64,000 nucleotides of DNA from Actinomycetota bacterium (GCA_037443725.1 JBBINU010000005.1:45334-109333), one strand, 5' to 3'. Numbered from the stretch's first letter, positions 45,483 to 55,327 are shown. The notes: generated by a model from the letters alone, not told the origin. Numbers and translations are program-made.

Positions 45483-47344
45483 CCCCCCACCGCCCGAGCC
45501 ACCCTGACCCTAACAACGCAGCCGGCGCGGGGAGCCGAGACCACCTCCAGCGCCCCGCCTGCCGCCCGCGCTCTTTCCCTCATCCCCCTGAGCCCCATGC
45601 CCTCCTTCACCCCTTGAGGATCGAAACCCTCCCCCTCGTCCTTGATCTCAAGGAGAGCCGAGGACCCCTCGGACTCGAAAAGGACGGTCACCCTCCGCGC
45701 CCTTCCGTGCCTCACGGCATTGGAGACGGCCTCCTGCACGATCCGGAAGAGGTGGAGCTCGGCGGCGGGGGGCAGGCCAGGCCAGTCTTGTTCAACCACC
45801 TCCAGCTCTACCGTCCCCATGCGCTCCAGGCGCTGGCCGTACTGCCGCACGGTCTCCACCAGGCCCCTGGATCCCATGGTTCCCGCCAGCTCGAGCCCGA
45901 GGATAGCCTGGCGCAGCTCCTTCCCGGCCTCCTCGGCAGCTCGCGCTGCCTCCTCGAGCTGCAGGTATGCCCTCTCCGACTGCCCTGAGCTTAACCACTC
46001 CCTTGCCGCCTGAACCTTCATGCTCATGAAGGCGAGGACCTGCGCGAGACCGTCGTGGAGCTCCCTGGCGATCCTCTCCCTCTCCTCCGCTGCGGAGAGG
46101 GCCTCGGCCAGAGAGAGGAGGCGAGCATTGGCAAGGGCCACCGAGGCGAGGGGGGCCATCCGCTCCACCAAAAACACCTCCTCATCCTGGAACCGGGCGG
46201 GGCGGAGCTTCCCCACACAGAGGGAGCCCAGGACCTCCCCCCCGACCTCGAGAGGGACAGCCACCTCCTCACAGCCCACCCCCGGTCGGGCTTCACCCTC
46301 CGCCGTCACGAGCCGCCCGGTGCGAAAGGCCTCCTCCCCGGCGAGCAACCCCGGCCTGTACCCTGCCTCCATGGCCTCCTTCACGCTGCCGGACCCCGCC
46401 CGGGGAACCAGGCGCCCCTCCTCCTGGATGAGGACGACGGCTCCGTCAGCCCTCGCCAGGACTCTGACCCTCTCGGCTATCTCGGCCAGGGTGGTCTCCA
46501 GCCTTTTCACGGCCGCCACGTCCATGGCTGCCTCGTAGAGCGCCTCCAGCGCCTCGGTCCTCTCCCTCACCCTCTCCTCCAGCACCTGGCTCAAGGCCTC
46601 CGCCTCCCTCCTGGCCTGCTCTTCCCTCGCCAGAGCCCTGGCCATGGTCTCCTCCACCTCCCGGCCCTTCTCCCTGCCGAAGGCCACCACCGTGGAGAAG
46701 GAGGCCGCCGCAACACCCAGACCCGTGAGAGCGGTGAGCGGAGCGAGGCGGCCCGCCGGGATCCTCAGGGCAGATACTCCAGGGCCCGTTACGAAGAGGG
46801 CCAAGAAACCGTCGGCAAGGAAGGCGAGCCCCGAGAGGCGAGCCATCCTCTCCCATCGCGCCGATCCCCTCCTGGCAAGCAGGGAAAGGCCGGCAAGGGA
46901 AGCGCCGGGAAAGTAAAGAAGAACCCGGCCTGCCAGGTCGCCCTGGGCGACCCAGGCGAGGAGCCCACTCCCCCCGACCAGCGCCCCGAGTCCACCCAGA
47001 GCCCAGATGATAAAAACGGCAGCCGGGATGAATCTCACCGCCCTGGCCAAGGCCTCCCTGGGCGAGAGGTCCGCGTACACCTCGGCGCCGAAGATAGCCA
47101 TGGCCAGGCTAGAGGCTGATGCCAGGGTTCCCGCCGCAAGGGCTAGGGCTGGCCGCTGACTCCCCCACGCCCAGGCCAAGGCCGCCGACCACCTGGCCGC
47201 AGCTCCAAGAAAGCCCGCCGCTGCCAGCCAGGGCAGCCGTCTTCCAAGCCCCATCTCCCCCGCGAAGGGAAAGGATCGGACCAGCACCGAGGTGACCCCC
47301 AGCACGAGGAAAGAAGCACCCGCTGTCACGTCCCAGATGGGCAC
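45479..47344 (-). CDS. Sensor histidine kinase (membrane domain + GAF + HisKA_3/HATPase)
   Basis: ERERIARELHDGLAQ H-box. C-terminal ATPase. N-terminal polytopic membrane region. Confidence 0.8.
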   Translation of the reverse strand: MPIWDVTAGASFLVLGVTSVLVRSFPFAGEMGLGRRLPWLAAAGFLGAAARWSAALAWAWGSQRPALALAAGTLASASSLAMAIFGAEVYADLSPREALARAVRFIPAAVFIIWALGGLGALVGGSGLLAWVAQGDLAGRVLLYFPGASLAGLSLLARRGSARWERMARLSGLAFLADGFLALFVTGPGVSALRIPAGRLAPLTALTGLGVAAASFSTVVAFGREKGREVEETMARALAREEQARREAEALSQVLEERVRERTEALEALYEAAMDVAAVKRLETTLAEIAERVRVLARADGAVVLIQEEGRLVPRAGSGSVKEAMEAGYRPGLLAGEEAFRTGRLVTAEGEARPGVGCEEVAVPLEVGGEVLGSLCVGKLRPARFQDEEVFLVERMAPLASVALANARLLSLAEALSAAEERERIARELHDGLAQVLAFMSMKVQAAREWLSSGQSERAYLQLEEAARAAEEAGKELRQAILGLELAGTMGSRGLVETVRQYGQRLERMGTVELEVVEQDWPGLPPAAELHLFRIVQEAVSNAVRHGRARRVTVLFESEGSSALLEIKDEGEGFDPQGVKEGMGLRGMRERARAAGGALEVVSAPRAGCVVRVRVARAVGG

Positions 47345-47404
47345 GGCTCAAGGGTACCGCTCGCGGAGCTTCTGAGCACCGATGTGGCAGCGAGGGCAAA
47401 AAGG

Positions 47405-48094
47405 TCAAGGACGGGCCGGCGGCCTCAAGAGCTCGGAGGGCTTCTCTGGCCTCTTTCCCTCCTTCACGGCCTGAGCATAGACGTCCACGTACTCCTGGCC
47501 GGAAAGCTCCCTAATCCTCGCCATGAGCTCGTCCGTGAACCTCCTGAAGAGGGGGTGGCCGTAGGCGTCCACGTACTCCCGGGGGTCCATGGGGAGGCCG
47601 AAGACCACCTCCACCCTCCCCAGCCTGGGGAGGTAGCTGCCGGGCGGGAGAACCTCCCTTGTTCCCCTGATGCCCGCCGGTACCACGACGACCCCCGCCT
47701 TCCACGCCATTCGGGCGGGCCCAGTGTGGCCGCGGTAAAGCCTTCCGTCGGGGCTCCTCGTGCCTTCGGGATACACACCGAGGAGGCCCCCCTGCCGCAG
47801 TATCTCCACCCCGGCCTCGAGGGCGGCCTCCGAGGCCCTCCCGCCCCTCCTTCTCACGGGGATCTGCCCGACACCCTTGAAGAACCAGCGAGTCCAGGGC
47901 TTGTCCCAGTACTCGGCCTTGGCCAAGAAGGTGACCCTCCTCGGCACCTTGAGGGGCAGAAAGAGGGAATCCATGAAGGAGAGGTGGTTCGCAGCGATGA
48001 TCGCTCCCCCCTTCCGGGGTACGTTCTCCAACCCCCGCACCCTGGGGCGCCAGATAAGCTCTAGGAGAGGGCCCAGGAGAACGTGCTTCAGCAA
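47405..48094 (-). CDS. plsC: 1-acyl-sn-glycerol-3-phosphate acyltransferase
   Basis: AANHLSFMD (HX4D) and YPEGTRS motifs. Confidence 0.8.
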   Translation of the reverse strand: MLKHVLLGPLLELIWRPRVRGLENVPRKGGAIIAANHLSFMDSLFLPLKVPRRVTFLAKAEYWDKPWTRWFFKGVGQIPVRRRGGRASEAALEAGVEILRQGGLLGVYPEGTRSPDGRLYRGHTGPARMAWKAGVVVVPAGIRGTREVLPPGSYLPRLGRVEVVFGLPMDPREYVDAYGHPLFRRFTDELMARIRELSGQEYVDVYAQAVKEGKRPEKPSELLRPPARP

Positions 48095-48214
48095 CCAGTA
48101 GAGCAGCGCTCACCCCCCCTGACGGGCCTCAAGCAAACCGGGGAGATTCTATGCCACAAGAGCCTTTGGGAGGGGAGCCAGACGCGGGAGACCTACTCCT
48201 CCTATGATGGCCCC

Positions 48215-48964
48215 GTGGGCAGCACGCTCCTGCCGGGAAGCTCCCCCCTATTCCTCCCCGGTGGCGAGGGGGGAGTTCTCCTCCTCCACCCCCTCGCCTC
48301 GAGCCCCGCAGAGCTGAGGAGCCTCGCCCTCCAGCTCCACGGTTCCGGTCTCACCGCGCTCTGTCCCCGCCTGCCGGGCCACGGCACCAACCCCAACGAC
48401 CTGGCGGCCACCCGATGGGAGGACTGGCTGGCCGGGGCTGCCGAGGGTCTCGACGCCCTCTGGGAAGCCTGCTCCCGCGTGGTTGCCGTGGGTGCAGGGA
48501 CGGGGGCTCTCCTCGCCCTACTCCTCGCAGCCGTGAGGCCAGCGGACGTGGACGGGGTGGTGGGCCTCGATCCCCCCGCCCCCCTGAGGGCGCCTGCCCG
48601 CGCTCTTCTCCTCCTCGCCTCCACGGTGAGGAAGTCCGCTCCACTCACCTGGCCGTACCCTCCTCGGCTCCCCGCCCCCGCGCGCGCTGTGGGCGAGCTC
48701 CTCCGGCTCGAGCGGGCCCTCCACCGGAACCTCCCTCGCATCTCGGCCCCGGTCCTCGTGATGCGCGCGGGCGCCCACTCAGGCCTCGGAAGCCTCACCC
48801 GCCGCCTCCCCTCCCCCTGGGTGGAGGCCCTCCCCGAAAGCGAAGAGGCAATTGCCTGGAGGGTCCGGCGCTTCCTCTCCTCCCTCGGAAACCCAGCGGA
48901 GGAGCGCGAGGGACCCCCAGAGGACCCGGGTCAGCCTCCCTCACCGGAGGGAGGAATGCGGTGA
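48215..48964 (+). CDS. Alpha/beta hydrolase (carboxylesterase-like)
   Basis: VLLLHPLASS, LPGHG. GTG start chosen. Weak. Confidence 0.5.
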   Translation: MGSTLLPGSSPLFLPGGEGGVLLLHPLASSPAELRSLALQLHGSGLTALCPRLPGHGTNPNDLAATRWEDWLAGAAEGLDALWEACSRVVAVGAGTGALLALLLAAVRPADVDGVVGLDPPAPLRAPARALLLLASTVRKSAPLTWPYPPRLPAPARAVGELLRLERALHRNLPRISAPVLVMRAGAHSGLGSLTRRLPSPWVEALPESEEAIAWRVRRFLSSLGNPAEEREGPPEDPGQPPSPEGGMR

Positions 48965-49416
48965 GGATAGGACTTACCCTTTTCCACCAGGTGAATCACC
49001 CGCCACCCTCTCCTGGCCAGGGCTTCCGCTATGAACCTGCGGTGACACCTGAACCAGAGCCGCTCGGCACAGAGAACGGCCACCCGCCGGGATGCTCCCA
49101 GCTCCTCCAGTCGGGCGAGGCCGGAGCGGAAGGGCTGTGTGAGGGAGTAGGCCAGGTAGCCGCCGGTTCTGAAGCCACCCAGCTCCTCTCCGAGCCAGAA
49201 GTATCCGAGGCCCTCCGCTCTTAGCCCCGCCTCCAGGTTTTCCCTGGCGAACTGCGGATTCTTCCTGGACGCGGGGAAGCGCCTCACATCCACCACGGCC
49301 TGGACGCGCCCATCCCTAAGGAGTTCCACGAGCTCAGGCAGGCTGCGGGTAGAGTGGCCCACGGTGAAAATGATCCTCCCTCCCCCCAACTCTCTCCCCT
49401 CGCCCGCGTGCACCAT
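48931..49416 (-). CDS. DUF488 family protein
   Basis: IIFTVGHSTRS...VVDVRRFPASRKNPQF...LCAERLWFRCHRRFIA is typical DUF488. Only the last 161 codons of the long ORF are credible. Confidence 0.65.
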   Translation of the reverse strand: MVHAGEGRELGGGRIIFTVGHSTRSLPELVELLRDGRVQAVVDVRRFPASRKNPQFARENLEAGLRAEGLGYFWLGEELGGFRTGGYLAYSLTQPFRSGLARLEELGASRRVAVLCAERLWFRCHRRFIAEALARRGWRVIHLVEKGKSYPHRIPPSGEGG

Positions 49417-49434
49417 GCTCTCCTCCCCGTTACC

Positions 49435-49992
49435 ATGCAGACCATGACGGAGGCGAGGTGGCCCACGAGGGAGGAGGCCCTGGCCCTGGTCGAGGAGCAC
49501 GTCAGCACGGATTCTCTTAAGGCTCACCTCCTCGCGGTGGAGAAGGTGATGAGGAGGATGGCGAGGCATTACGGGGAGGACGAGGAGAAATGGGGTCTCG
49601 CGGGGCTCCTCCACGACCTCGACTTCGAGGAACACCCCTCCCCCGAGGAGCACGGAAGGGCTGGTGCCGCACTTATAAGGGAGAGGGGCTGGGCTGAGGA
49701 GCTCGCCCGAGCGGTGGAGGCCCACAACGACATCTCGGGCCTCACCCGGGAAAGCCTTATGGAGAAGACCCTTTACGCCGTGGACGAGCTCACCGGGTTC
49801 GTGGTGGCCGTCTCCCTGGTCCGCCCGACCGGCCTGGAGGGGCTTGAGCCAAGAAGCGTGAGGAAGAAACTGAAGGAAAGGAGCTTCGCGGCCGGCGTGG
49901 ACAGGGAGCAGATAGCGAGGGGCGCTTCCGAACTCGGGGTCGAGCTGGACTGGCTCATCCAGCGGGTGGTCGAGGGCCTGAGGCAGAGCTAG
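49435..49992 (+). CDS. HD-domain phosphohydrolase-like protein
   Basis: H...HD (LLHDLDFEEHP)...H...D pattern. Confidence 0.5.
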   Translation: MQTMTEARWPTREEALALVEEHVSTDSLKAHLLAVEKVMRRMARHYGEDEEKWGLAGLLHDLDFEEHPSPEEHGRAGAALIRERGWAEELARAVEAHNDISGLTRESLMEKTLYAVDELTGFVVAVSLVRPTGLEGLEPRSVRKKLKERSFAAGVDREQIARGASELGVELDWLIQRVVEGLRQS

Positions 49993-50013
49993 AGGGCCCG
50001 GATCCTCGAACAC

Positions 50014-50745
50014 CTACGGGGAGACCATCTTCCGGCTGGGGAGGGCGAGGGTGGCCAGCACGGGCAGGTGGGTGGAGGCCGAGATAAAGGGTTCCTCCTG
50101 GGGGACACGGCACCCGAGGACCTCCACCCCCTCTCCGGCAAGGACGTAGTCCACCCGGCTGGTAGGCCTCGGCCCCCGGTAGGTGGCGGAGGAGGCGCAG
50201 CCTCCAACGCTGGCAGCATCGGTGAGCCTTTCCAGGACCAGGGAGGCGGCCTTGCCACGCGGCTCCTCCTCGAGATCGAGCCCGAGAACCACAGGGCAGC
50301 GGTGAAGCCGCAGATAGCTCTCGACTGCGGCCAGGAGGGCCTCCGCCTGGGCAGGTCTCTCGGCGGATAGGTCACCCAGACGCCCCGCACCAACGGCGAA
50401 CCTCATCCCTCCACCGGTGACGAGGGCCAGGAGCAGCGCCGGCCGGCCCCTCCCGCGGAGCCGGATGGGCCTCCACTCAACGAAGGCCAGGGGCGGCCTC
50501 AAGAGCACAGCCACACCGGCAAGGATGCCCGTGGGGGAGTACGTGACCCTGGCCTGGAGGGAGCTGGCGACCCCCTTTACCCACCTCTTTCCGGGAACCT
50601 CGGCGAGACAGGCCACATCAGGCGAGAGGCGCGTCAGAGCCTCTCCCGCCCGGCGCGACCTGGCGATGTTGTAAGAGCAGAAAGTGAGCACAGCCAGACC
50701 AGGGGCGGCCTCGACCCCCACCCTCACCTCCCCAGCCGCTCCCAA
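50014..50745 (-). CDS. Endonuclease/exonuclease/phosphatase (EEP) family protein
   Basis: FCSYNIA...DVACLAEV...VDYV EEP motifs. Confidence 0.6.
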   Translation of the reverse strand: MGAAGEVRVGVEAAPGLAVLTFCSYNIARSRRAGEALTRLSPDVACLAEVPGKRWVKGVASSLQARVTYSPTGILAGVAVLLRPPLAFVEWRPIRLRGRGRPALLLALVTGGGMRFAVGAGRLGDLSAERPAQAEALLAAVESYLRLHRCPVVLGLDLEEEPRGKAASLVLERLTDAASVGGCASSATYRGPRPTSRVDYVLAGEGVEVLGCRVPQEEPFISASTHLPVLATLALPSRKMVSP

Positions 50746-52022
50746 AGGTGGCGGGAGAGGCCGGGCTCCTCCTCATCCAGCTCGTAGGAGACCCGGTACA
50801 CGGGCTTTTTTAGGTCGAGAAGGGATCCGAGATCCGCTGGGGTTCCAAGGACCACCGCGTCGGCGGGAGCCCCTTCGATGGCCTCCCTCACCTCCTCGAG
50901 CTGGGAGGTGGAGTAGCCCATGGCGGGAAGGACGGGTCCCATCCACGGATACCGGGCGTAGGCCTCGGCCAGACTCCCTCTGGCGAAGGGCCTCGGGTCA
51001 ACCAGCTCCGCGCCGGCCTCCCTCGCGGCCCGCGCTCCGGCCCCCTCCCCAAGCTCCCCGTGGGTCACACTGGGCCCGTCCTCCACCACGACCACCCTTT
51101 TTCCCCTGAGTTCCCCGGGAGGTTCCACCTGTAGCCGGAGCCGCGCTCTCAGCACGGGGGCTCTAGGATTGAGATCCCGGAGGACTGCTTCCAACCGGGC
51201 AAGCTCTTCCTCGGGGACGAGGTCCGCCTTGGTTAGGATGAGGACGTCAGCCCTGCGCACCGATGCCTCTCCCGGGTGATATCGGGACACGTGCCCGCCG
51301 CGGAGGCAGTCTACGGCCACGAGGAAAAGATCCGGTCTTAAAAAGGGGAGATCATTGTTACCACCATCCCAGACGAGCACATCCCCCTCCCGCTCGGCCA
51401 GGCCGAGGATCCTCTCCCAGTCAACACCGGAATAAACGACGACCCCCGCCTTGAGGTGCGGCTCGTACTCCTCCCTCTCTTCCACCGTGCACTCCGCCCC
51501 CTCCAGGTCGGCTAGGGAGGCGAAGCGCTGCACTGCCTGCCTCTCGAGATCTCCATAAGCCATGGGGTGCCTGAGAACCACGGGTCGGCGTCCCCCCTCC
51601 TTGAGCAGGCGCACCACTTTCCTGGTGATGGTGGACTTACCCGCCCCCGTCCTGACAGCCCCAACGGCCACGACGGGCAGACCTGAGGAAAGCTCCGTCG
51701 AGCCCGGGCCGAGCAGCCGGAAGTCGGCGCCGCTGGCGAGCGCGAGGGAGGCCAGGTGCATGACATGCTCATGGGGGACATCGGAGTAGGCAAAGACCAC
51801 CTCGTCCACCCCTCCAAGGGAAAGAAGCCCGGCTAGGTCGCCCTCGCCCACGATGGGAATGCCTTCCGGGTAAAGGGGTCCGGAAAGGGAAGGGGGGTAA
51901 ACGCGACCCTCGATGAAGGGGATCTGAGCTGCTGTGAAAGCCACTACGTGGTAGCGGGGGTCATCCCGGTATACCACGTTGAAGTTGTGGAACTCCCTCC
52001 CTCCCGCCCCGAGGATCACCAC
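50724..52022 (-). CDS. Cyclic 2,3-diphosphoglycerate synthetase-like P-loop protein
   Basis: ~430 aa with Walker A GAVRTGAGKST and DGGNND. Resembles archaeal cDPGS family. Start uncertain. Confidence 0.45.
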   Translation of the reverse strand: MVILGAGGREFHNFNVVYRDDPRYHVVAFTAAQIPFIEGRVYPPSLSGPLYPEGIPIVGEGDLAGLLSLGGVDEVVFAYSDVPHEHVMHLASLALASGADFRLLGPGSTELSSGLPVVAVGAVRTGAGKSTITRKVVRLLKEGGRRPVVLRHPMAYGDLERQAVQRFASLADLEGAECTVEEREEYEPHLKAGVVVYSGVDWERILGLAEREGDVLVWDGGNNDLPFLRPDLFLVAVDCLRGGHVSRYHPGEASVRRADVLILTKADLVPEEELARLEAVLRDLNPRAPVLRARLRLQVEPPGELRGKRVVVVEDGPSVTHGELGEGAGARAAREAGAELVDPRPFARGSLAEAYARYPWMGPVLPAMGYSTSQLEEVREAIEGAPADAVVLGTPADLGSLLDLKKPVYRVSYELDEEEPGLSRHLWERLGR

Positions 52023-52041
52023 CCTCCGCTTTCTCCCAGGC

Positions 52042-52827
52042 TCAGGACGGCGTGGGGATCCGCTTGAAGACAAGGAGGCGCCCCCTCCGGACCGCGGCCT
52101 CGGCCAGGTAGGCATCGGAACCCCGCACCACCTCAAGCATTCTCGCGAGGGCCTCCGCCTCTTCGGGAACCACCACTCTGAGCTCGAACTCCTTCCCTTG
52201 GCCGAGGCCGAGCTTCCTCTGCCACGCCGAAGCAGCCGGGAACTCCGCTTCCAGCGCCCGCACAGCCCTTGTCAGGGCCTCCCTGAACTCGCCATACCTC
52301 GCGGGCCCCTTGGAGAAGGGGATCACCGCCTCGAAGCCTCCCCCCTCCCGCCTCCCCCCGGCCACCCGCTGAAAGAGGCCGAAGAAAACCGCGCCCACCA
52401 GGGCGATGTGCCGGCCGTGGGCGCCTTCATAGATCCCCATGACGTCCCGGACGAGGTGCTCGGCGAGGTCGAGGTTGAGAGAGCTCCTGAAGAACCACCG
52501 GGACTCGTGCAGGATCTGCCTGGCCGGATCGGTCCTGAAATCCCTTACGTACGCCTCTCCCGCCTGAAGGAGCCTATCTGTCTCCTCCCCCACCCCCGCC
52601 AGCTCATCTCTCTTCACCAGCCGGAGCTCCTCCGATCCGAGGAGCCCGAGCTCGCCGAGGCCGGCAGGGGAAGGAAGCCTTGCGCTAAGCTCCGCCCCGG
52701 CCCGCGATATCTCGCGATGCAGCTCGAGAATGCTCTGGAGGTAGGCATCCTCCCCCACGCCGTCCTCAGGCCGATGGAGTACAGACAGCACGTGCTCTGG
52801 GAGGGCGAGTCCGAGCTCTGAATACAT
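52042..52827 (-). CDS. Hypothetical protein
   Basis: 261-aa ORF, no motif recognised. Confidence 0.3.
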   Translation of the reverse strand: MYSELGLALPEHVLSVLHRPEDGVGEDAYLQSILELHREISRAGAELSARLPSPAGLGELGLLGSEELRLVKRDELAGVGEETDRLLQAGEAYVRDFRTDPARQILHESRWFFRSSLNLDLAEHLVRDVMGIYEGAHGRHIALVGAVFFGLFQRVAGGRREGGGFEAVIPFSKGPARYGEFREALTRAVRALEAEFPAASAWQRKLGLGQGKEFELRVVVPEEAEALARMLEVVRGSDAYLAEAAVRRGRLLVFKRIPTPS

Positions 52828-52830
52828 AGC

Positions 52831-53400
52831 CTAGGGGTTGTACATCCTGGCCGCAGCCTCGACCCACTCGGGCGGGGCATGCGCAAGGAAGTGGCTCGCG
52901 TCGACCGTGACGTAAAGGGCCATTGCCTCCACGGCGACCTCACCGTCCTTTATCGCCCTCATCCGCGTCCAGATCTTCCTCCCCTCCTGTCTCACCACCT
53001 CCCCCTCCAGGTGCAGCTCGGACCCGACAGGAACAGGCTTCCTATAGTCCACCTCAAGCCTGGCCGTAACGGCGGGCTTCTCTAAGAGGTACATGAGAAA
53101 ACCCATCCCCTCGTCCAGGGCGGAGGCGAGGATCCCCCCGTGAGCTAGCCCCGGAGCTCCCTGGTGGTGCTCGGTGACCTTGAAAGTCCCCTCGACCCTA
53201 ATCCCCTCCCCCCTCATCTTGAGGTGCAACCCCGTGGGGTGCTTCTCGCCGCAACCGAAGCAGTAAGGATAGTGGGATCCGAGCTCTCTCATCTCCTCCT
53301 CCACCTTCCCCCGCAGCACGCAGGGGTGAGCATACACCACCCGAAAGCCCCCCTGGCCGCACACTCCCGAGCACCCGAGGGGACGGTGCGCCCGGGACAA
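52831..53400 (-). CDS. PaaI-family hotdog thioesterase with N-terminal Cys-rich segment
   Basis: HQGAPGLAHGGILASALDEGMG hotdog motif. N-terminal CFGCG. Confidence 0.6.
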   Translation of the reverse strand: MSRAHRPLGCSGVCGQGGFRVVYAHPCVLRGKVEEEMRELGSHYPYCFGCGEKHPTGLHLKMRGEGIRVEGTFKVTEHHQGAPGLAHGGILASALDEGMGFLMYLLEKPAVTARLEVDYRKPVPVGSELHLEGEVVRQEGRKIWTRMRAIKDGEVAVEAMALYVTVDASHFLAHAPPEWVEAAARMYNP

Positions 53401-53483
53401 CCGCCGTCTAAACTCACCATAAGGCGCCCCTGCCCCGCCGGTACGGTCTCGCGCGGAGGGATTGGGAGGAAAGGAGGTGCCTT

Positions 53484-53987
53484 TTGATAGAGGAAGGGGA
53501 TCTCGCCCCCGACTTCGAGCTGCCGGACCAGGACGGAGAGCCGGTCCGGCTCTCCTCGCAGCGGGGTCGGTACCTTGTTCTCTACTTCTATCCGAGGGAC
53601 AACACCCCGGGGTGCACCGCCGAGGCGGTGGGTTTTCGCGACGCCTACCCCAGGGTAGCCAAGTTGGGAGCTCAGGTCTTCGGGATCAGCTCAGATAGCC
53701 CCGCCTCGCACCGCAGGTTCAGGGAAAAGCTGGGTCTTCCCTTCCCCCTCCTCTCGGACCCCGAGCACCAGGTGGCCGAGGTGTACGGTGCCTGGGGAGA
53801 GAAAGTTGTGAGGGGGAGAAGGGCCATGGGGGTTCGAAGGACCACCTTCCTAGTGAACCCTGAGGGAAGGGTGGCCCGTGTGTTTAGGAACGTGAACCCC
53901 AGGGGCCACGCGGAGGAGGTGGTGGAAGCCCTGGAGGCCGAGGTGGCCAGGGAGGCCGACGAGGAGAAGTTCTCTGGCCGGGCCTAG
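53484..53987 (+). CDS. bcp: Peroxiredoxin Bcp (thiol peroxidase)
   Basis: YFYPRDNTPGCTAEA catalytic motif. Confidence 0.85.
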   Translation: MIEEGDLAPDFELPDQDGEPVRLSSQRGRYLVLYFYPRDNTPGCTAEAVGFRDAYPRVAKLGAQVFGISSDSPASHRRFREKLGLPFPLLSDPEHQVAEVYGAWGEKVVRGRRAMGVRRTTFLVNPEGRVARVFRNVNPRGHAEEVVEALEAEVAREADEEKFSGRA

Positions 53988-54011
53988 GCGAGCTTGAGGA
54001 AGGGGGCCTGC

Positions 54012-54497
54012 ATGGAGCTGCTCGCGGTGAAGGTGAGGAAGCCCGACGAGGTCAACTTCATCCTCGGCATGAGCCACTTCATCAAGACCGTGGAAGACAT
54101 CTACGAGGCCTGCGTCTCCAGCGTCCCCGGTATCAGGTTCGGCCTTGCCTTCTGCGAATCCTCGGGGGCAGCCCTGGTCCGGCTCGCCGGGACAGACCAG
54201 GCCATGATGGATCTCGCCAGGGAGAACGCCCTCGCCGTGGGAGCGGGCCACTCCTTCTTCGTCTTCCTCGCCCCCGGGTTCTACCCCATTAACGTCCTGC
54301 CAGCCATAAAGAGCCTGCCCGAGGTCTGCCGCATCTTCTGCGCGACCGCCAACCCGGCCGAGGTGATCGTGGCCGACACAGGCGAGGGCAGGGCGATCCT
54401 GGGGGTTGCCGACGGCATGAAGCCGAGGGGTGTGGAGGACGAGGAGGGGAAGCGCTGGCGCCACGACATCCTGAGAAAACTCGGATACAAGCTCTGA
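54012..54497 (+). CDS. Adenosine-specific-kinase-like (DUF355) family protein
   Basis: MELLAVKVRKPDEVNFILGMSHFIKTVEDIYEA resembles the archaeal adenosine-specific kinase family. Moderate confidence. Confidence 0.45.
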   Translation: MELLAVKVRKPDEVNFILGMSHFIKTVEDIYEACVSSVPGIRFGLAFCESSGAALVRLAGTDQAMMDLARENALAVGAGHSFFVFLAPGFYPINVLPAIKSLPEVCRIFCATANPAEVIVADTGEGRAILGVADGMKPRGVEDEEGKRWRHDILRKLGYKL

Positions 54498-54661
54498 ACC
54501 CCAAGCCCGGGCCGCCCGGTTGCCCGCCCGAGACAGCGGAGGAGGCCTCGAGGTTCCTTTCCGAGCTCGCGGGGGCCGCCCGGGACAGGAAGTCGGGAGC
54601 GAGGGAGATAGCTGAGAAGGCCTGCCTCGCCGCCCTCGGCATCCTCTCCAGCCTCGAGGGG

Positions 54662-55327
54662 GTGGAGCCGAGCTGCTCCCTCCCTCTCCTGCTGGAGGCC
54701 GCCGGGACTCTCAGGGACGGCCAGCCCTGCATGGCACCCGTCCTCCTTGCCAGCCGGTACCTCAAGGACTCCGCGAGGGATATGGCGAAGGGGGCTCGCA
54801 GGCTCAAAAGGCTCCTTGCCCTGCTGAGGAATGTTGAGGGACCCGCATCCAGACTCGCCGACCTCCTCCCGGGAGAGAAAAGGGTGGCGACCATCTCTTG
54901 GTCCTCGACGGTGATGGCGGCCCTGAGGCTGCTTCGGCCCGCCAGGATTCTCGTTCTCCGCTCCGAGCCCGGAGGCGAGGGGGAGAGAACCGCCCTGGCT
55001 CTAAGGGAAGCGGGGATGGAAGCGGAGGTCGTCCCCGACTCCGCGGCTGCTAGAGCCCTCGCCCAGTCCACCGTCTGCCTCGTCGGAGCCGACGCCGTGG
55101 GGGAGAAGGAGTTCATCAACAAGGTCGGTACCTTCCCCCTGCTCGCATCCGCCGCCGCCCTTGGCGTCCCCTCTTACGTTCTGGCCGGTGAAGAGAAGAT
55201 CCTGCCGGAAAGGCTTTTTCGTCGAGTTCGGAAGGTATGCGCGAGGGAGGGCTCCCCCTTCGAGGTGACCCCCCTTTCCCTGGTGACCGCGGTGGTCACC
55301 CAGGAGAGGGTGATCGGGGGAGCATGA
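54662..55327 (+). CDS. eIF-2B alpha/beta/delta-like family protein (ribose-1,5-bisphosphate / MTR-1-P isomerase family); true start upstream
   Basis: CLVGADAVGEKEFINKVGTFPLLASAAALGVPSYVLAGEEK core. The frame stays open upstream to ~54494, encoding the family N-terminal helix, but has no ATG or GTG. Confidence 0.55.
   Translation: MEPSCSLPLLLEAAGTLRDGQPCMAPVLLASRYLKDSARDMAKGARRLKRLLALLRNVEGPASRLADLLPGEKRVATISWSSTVMAALRLLRPARILVLRSEPGGEGERTALALREAGMEAEVVPDSAAARALAQSTVCLVGADAVGEKEFINKVGTFPLLASAAALGVPSYVLAGEEKILPERLFRRVRKVCAREGSPFEVTPLSLVTAVVTQERVIGGA

Noticed and set aside
49417-50013. N-terminal 200 codons of ORF 48931..50013 as part of the DUF488 protein
   Set aside because: DUF488 proteins are ~160-180 aa. 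The upstream part is antisense to a credible HD-domain gene and has no domain signal. The internal Met with a proper N-terminus was preferred.
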